This document shows, piece after piece, positions 60,057 through 64,000 of a DNA stretch of 64,000 nt; the first letter of the stretch is position 1, and the number at the start of each line of letters is the position of its first letter. The stretch is from contig CBDBZU010000004.1 in the NCBI GenBank assembly GCA_965213625.1, positions 192,001 to 256,000 on the forward strand. The letters are read 5' to 3'. Position numbers and translations under genes: made by a program. Source of the stretch: a bacterium (GTDB lineage: Bacteria > UBA8248). Below the pieces are notes generated by a model. The model was not told the DNA's origin, did no database searches, and saw only the letters and a program-made list of their open reading frames with translations.

Positions 60057-60983
60057 ATGGAGGATGTGGAATTGACTGAGAGAATCGCCTACGTCAAGGG
60101 CCGGTTCGTGCCGGAATCGGAAGCGAACGTGTCCATCCTGGACAGGGGCTTCCTCTACGGCGACGGCGTCTATGACGCATCGCGCACCTTTGGCGGCCAG
60201 CCCTGGCATCTGCGGGCGCACATCGACAGGCTCTATCTATCGTGCCGCTACGCGCGGCTCGACCCCGGCATGAACGCGGACGAGATGGAAGCCCTCACCA
60301 TGGAGCTCATCGAGCGAAACCGCGGCGTATACGCCGAGGATGAGGAATTCCGCATCAACCACTGGGTGACGCGGGGGGGCGGCGTCAGCTCCGCCGCCAC
60401 CCACACGCACGGCGCGCACACGGTGGTCATCTTCACCCTGCCGATGGACTATACGCGCTACGCCCACGGCTACAGGGAGGGCGTGCCCTCGGTCGTCACC
60501 GGCGTGCGCCGCATTCCGCCTGAGTGCATCGAACCGCGCGCCAAGGTGGGCAACAAGATGAACCACGTCCAGGCCGACTTCCAGGCCCAGGAGGCGGGCG
60601 CATGGCCCATCATGCTCGACATGAGCGGCTTCGTGGCCGAGGGGTCGAGCTACAACTGCTTTTTCGTGAGAGACGGTGAAATCCTCACCCCTACGGATCA
60701 CAACTGCCTGGTCGGCGTCACCCGCACACACGTCATCGACATGGCGAAAGAACTCGGCATCCCGGTTCGCGAGACGAACCTCACGCGCTACGACCTGCTG
60801 ATCGCGGACGAGGCCTTCCACACCGGGAACAGCATCTGCATCCTCCCGGTCTCCTCGGTCGACGGAACCAAGATGGCGCACGGCGCGCCCGGCCCCGTCA
60901 CCAAGCGGCTCATGGACCTGTGGGCGAGCCAGGTGGGATGCGACTGGGCGGCGAAATCCTTAGCAGCCGTCGAGGGCTGTTGA
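60057..60983 (+). CDS. Aminotransferase class IV (branched-chain/D-amino-acid type)
   Basis: DRGFLYGDGVYD, HIDRL, AKVGN, AEGSSYN, LVGVTR, PGPVT. Confidence 0.92.
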   Translation: MEDVELTERIAYVKGRFVPESEANVSILDRGFLYGDGVYDASRTFGGQPWHLRAHIDRLYLSCRYARLDPGMNADEMEALTMELIERNRGVYAEDEEFRINHWVTRGGGVSSAATHTHGAHTVVIFTLPMDYTRYAHGYREGVPSVVTGVRRIPPECIEPRAKVGNKMNHVQADFQAQEAGAWPIMLDMSGFVAEGSSYNCFFVRDGEILTPTDHNCLVGVTRTHVIDMAKELGIPVRETNLTRYDLLIADEAFHTGNSICILPVSSVDGTKMAHGAPGPVTKRLMDLWASQVGCDWAAKSLAAVEGC

Positions 60984-61154
60984 AAAGTCCGCAGAAGGAG
61001 GAATGGCGGTTGTAGGGACAACCCTCCGTGGTTGTCCTTTGCAGGACGGTTGCAATCAAAACAGGCGCGGGGGGCCTCGGACAGGCACGGAGGCCTGTCC
61101 CTACGTGATCATCATGTCGCCGACCGGACGTATAGTGGGCTTTTTCAACAACTC
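60973..61154. repeat. MITE-like element with a REP doublet; its left end supplies the aminotransferase stop codon
   Basis: AGGGCTGTTGAAAAGTCC...GGGCTTTTTCAACAACT; REP core 61011-61104. Confidence 0.72.
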
Positions 61155-61227
61155 CCATCGAGGGGGAGCGAGCAGGAATCTACGCTATTATGGAGGATGA
61201 ATAGCGAATTGCGGTGTAAGGTGAGGC

Positions 61228-62634
61228 CTACCGCTTGCCCCCAAAACCGGCGGATAAATCGGAGCGCTCGAGAACACCGCCCATCCCCTCGTGCCCGGGA
61301 CCAAAGAAAGCGCCTGTAACCTCGCCGTCATCCCCACCAGTTTGGAAGAAAGTGTTGCCCCGCACATCAACCGAATAGCCGAGGTTGCCATCTTCCCACA
61401 TCCCGCCGCCGTCGAACTCCAGACCGGTGAAATCGAGTTGTCCGTCCAGGTCCGCCAGATTGACGTCGAGGCTGGAATCACCGACAACCACCTCTCCTGA
61501 TGGCGTGACACCTAGCAATGCGCCACTCCAGGTGGCGCTCCCCGATAATCCACCGTTTTGCGCCAGATCCATTGGCGGCTCCGGTCCGGTGGCCCAGGGT
61601 TGCGCCAGGCCGTTCCTCAAAGCGACGCCGAAGGAGACCTCACCGCCCGGAATCCCCAAATCCCCACGGACGTGAAACGACGCCTCATCCCAGGGTCCGA
61701 GATTTTCCGCCGTTATCTGTTCGGGCTGCGCCCCGGGCCTGTACCTGTCATACGCCGCGAGCAGCGCTTCTCGATCTATCAGGGAAAGGAGAAAAGGAGG
61801 CAAATTCGCCGGGACATTGGGATTCAAGGTGGCGTCCGGGAAACGCGCAGGATCGGTATGGCCGGAGAAACCCAGGGCGTGGAGCAGTTCGTGAACAAGT
61901 ACGTAGACGGTTTTATCTTCAGAGAAATATTGTACTTCCTCGCTGTCAATCAATATATGAGAAGAGTCGGCTTCCAGGATTTCACTTCGTCGCGTTCGGG
62001 TATTGTACCAGTAACGAGATTGCGATTGCGTATTGCCGACCGCGTTCTCATCGGGCGTGACTTCTCCCGGCCACTCCGACTGTGGGATGAATTCGATATA
62101 GATGTTGCCGCGCGGCACGTCATCGACGTCCAGCGGATCCGGAGCGGGCGTATCGCCAAACGAAAGACGCGCATCCCGAGGCAGAGCGGCGTTAATGATC
62201 TGAACGGCGCGCACCGCATAGTCGGTGTATTTCTCGTCCGTTCCCTGGGCGACGCGGACGAGCGGCGGACTCGGGAACGTCGCAAGTCCTGTAAGATCGG
62301 TATGAAACGCTGTCGGCCGCACATAGTCAAGAACATCGATGGCTCCCGAGCCATCCAGTACCCGCCCTTGCGAGACTTCCACCCCGTTGTGCTCGCCTGT
62401 CTTCTGGAGTTGACCGACCGGAGGCGCGGAACCAATCCCGATATGTAGAGAGCCACCGAGATCGAAAAATGGCGCCTTCGCCGCTCGTGCGGAGGGTAGC
62501 AAATCTGCTAGGGGCATCACTGCCGGAGGGGAGGGGCGCGGCGCACTGGTACCGCCTCCGCTCTCCCCACCTCCACAGCCATACAGCGACAAGATGACGA
62601 GAACGGCCGTACATAGGATTCCCGAGGACTTCAC
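61228..62634 (-). CDS. Lipoprotein with zincin HExxH domain and C-terminal TbpB-like barrel (paralog of 22062-23573)
   Basis: Lipobox LYGC-GGG; VHELLHALG; FGVALRNG.A.PWA; ends GGVLERSDLSAGFGGKR. Confidence 0.75.
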   Translation of the reverse strand: MKSSGILCTAVLVILSLYGCGGGESGGGTSAPRPSPPAVMPLADLLPSARAAKAPFFDLGGSLHIGIGSAPPVGQLQKTGEHNGVEVSQGRVLDGSGAIDVLDYVRPTAFHTDLTGLATFPSPPLVRVAQGTDEKYTDYAVRAVQIINAALPRDARLSFGDTPAPDPLDVDDVPRGNIYIEFIPQSEWPGEVTPDENAVGNTQSQSRYWYNTRTRRSEILEADSSHILIDSEEVQYFSEDKTVYVLVHELLHALGFSGHTDPARFPDATLNPNVPANLPPFLLSLIDREALLAAYDRYRPGAQPEQITAENLGPWDEASFHVRGDLGIPGGEVSFGVALRNGLAQPWATGPEPPMDLAQNGGLSGSATWSGALLGVTPSGEVVVGDSSLDVNLADLDGQLDFTGLEFDGGGMWEDGNLGYSVDVRGNTFFQTGGDDGEVTGAFFGPGHEGMGGVLERSDLSAGFGGKR

Positions 62635-62861
62635 TTCTATCCCTTTCCGAGAGCCGACCGAGCCCAGCTTTCAGGCAATGTCGACAAGGCGGCGAACTTC
62701 GCACAGAGTATATAGGGAGATTCCACCTGTTTCTATTCCCCAGCCATTCCCGCTCCTTTGCTATAGTCATTTGCCGGCATTCCCGATATATTGCCCGCCA
62801 TCAATCGCACATGTTCGCGCTTTAGCATCGCGCGCGGAGATACTCCCAGAAGGAGACTCTC

Positions 62862-63896
62862 ATGAAGGCCATGGTGTTGAGGAAAAAAGGAGCGCCATTT
62901 TCTTATGAGGACGTACCCGACCCGAAACCCGGGACGGGCGAGGCCGTGGCCCGCGTCATCGCCTGCGGCTCGGGTCTCACGATTCACCATGCGCGTGCGG
63001 GCCGCGTGGACATCGACTACCCCATGATCATCGGCCACGAGGTGGTGGGCGAGATCGTCGAGACGGGAGCCGGGGTCTCGAACGTGAAGGCGGGTGACAT
63101 CGTCACCTTCCACTGCTACCTCACCTGCGGGCATTGCCGCTGGTGCCGGGTGAACAGGGAACCCCTCTGCGACAACATGGCCGGCTTCGTCGGCAGGCAC
63201 TGCGACGGCGGTTATGCCGAATACATCAACCTCCCCGCACAGGTTTACGTTCACCTGCCAGAGAGTCTGGACTACAAGGCCCATCCCGCCGAGGCGGCCG
63301 TCATCTGCGACGCCATCGTCACCCCCTATAAGGTGGTGCGCCGCGCGCGGATCGAGCCGATGGAGACCGTCGCCGTCATCGGGGCGGGCGGCGGTGTGGG
63401 TATCCACATGGTCATGCTCGCCCGCTGGGCGAACGCGCGCGTCATCGCCGTGGACGTCTCCGAGCAAAAACTGGCCCAGTGCAAAGAACTCGGGGCGGAG
63501 GCCACGGTCGACGCCTCGAAGGAAAACGTGAAGGAGGCGCTGCTAGAACTCACGGGCGGCGTAGGCGTGAACGTGGCTATCGATTTCGTCTCCCACGACA
63601 CTACGCTTGAGGCCGCCGCCGAAGCGCTCGATAAGGGCGGCCGTCTGGTGACGCTGGGCGGGTTTACGCCCAAGCCGTTCCGCCTCTCCGCCGGAAGCCT
63701 CCTGAACGGAGAGCTCGAGGTCATGGGCAGCCGCTCGTTCACCAAACAGGAGATCATCGAATCACTCGAGCTTTGCGCGCGCGGCGAAGTCTGGCCGCTG
63801 GTCACGGAAACCTACCGGCTCGAAGAAGCCGAAAAAGTGCACGAACGCCTGGAAGCGGGCGCGATTACGGGCCGCGCGGCGATCGTGATGGACTGA
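62862..63896 (+). CDS. Zinc-dependent alcohol dehydrogenase family
   Basis: ACGS, IGHEVVG, CGHCRWC...C, GAGGGVG. Confidence 0.93.
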   Translation: MKAMVLRKKGAPFSYEDVPDPKPGTGEAVARVIACGSGLTIHHARAGRVDIDYPMIIGHEVVGEIVETGAGVSNVKAGDIVTFHCYLTCGHCRWCRVNREPLCDNMAGFVGRHCDGGYAEYINLPAQVYVHLPESLDYKAHPAEAAVICDAIVTPYKVVRRARIEPMETVAVIGAGGGVGIHMVMLARWANARVIAVDVSEQKLAQCKELGAEATVDASKENVKEALLELTGGVGVNVAIDFVSHDTTLEAAAEALDKGGRLVTLGGFTPKPFRLSAGSLLNGELEVMGSRSFTKQEIIESLELCARGEVWPLVTETYRLEEAEKVHERLEAGAITGRAAIVMD

Positions 63897-63925
63897 GCCG
63901 TTTCACTTTAACCAAAAGGCGAGCG

Positions 63926-64000
63926 ATGGATTTCACACTCACCGAACGACAGCTTGAACTGCAGAAACTGGCGCACGACTACGCCAAAAACGAACTGAAG
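63926..64000 (+). CDS. Acyl-CoA dehydrogenase, 5' start (runs off the window)
   Basis: MDFTLTERQLELQKLAHDYAKNELK. Confidence 0.6.
   Translation, partial: MDFTLTERQLELQKLAHDYAKNELK

Overview
High-GC bacterial DNA in two parts. The eukaryote-like LRR, SRCR and Calx-beta surface proteins suggest a host-associated, possibly sponge-type, symbiont (inference only). Part 1 (~1-41.6 kb) is a decaying genomic island ending at the 3' end of tRNA-Ser(GGA). It holds a tyrosine integrase; two giant autotransporter-like adhesins, one with a 22x pentanucleotide tract in its leader; and a conjugative leading-region-like block (ssb, DUF4326, DUF2493/SLOG, a Frpo-like hairpin, a candidate MOBF nic site). It also holds a type I R-M operon whose hsdM has a nonsense codon and which is coupled to DUF3800 plus a P1-like gene facing a small convergent structured RNA; Mrr; IS256 and IS1182 remnants; and a tandem patchwork of phage ADP-ribosyltransferase, immunity-like and portal fragments. 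Part 2 (~41.7-64 kb) is mostly catabolic genes. It is interrupted by a low-GC SF2 helicase + Zn-finger pair and a HIRAN gene next to a duplicated 3' end of a dienelactone hydrolase gene. Three signals stand out: a stand-alone ~170-nt structured transcript carrying a perfect 16-nt complement of the 16S rRNA 3' end and a 12-codon ORF, the DUF3800-linked antisense RNA, and the ART/immunity cassette array. All family names come from motif recognition by eye; no searches were run.
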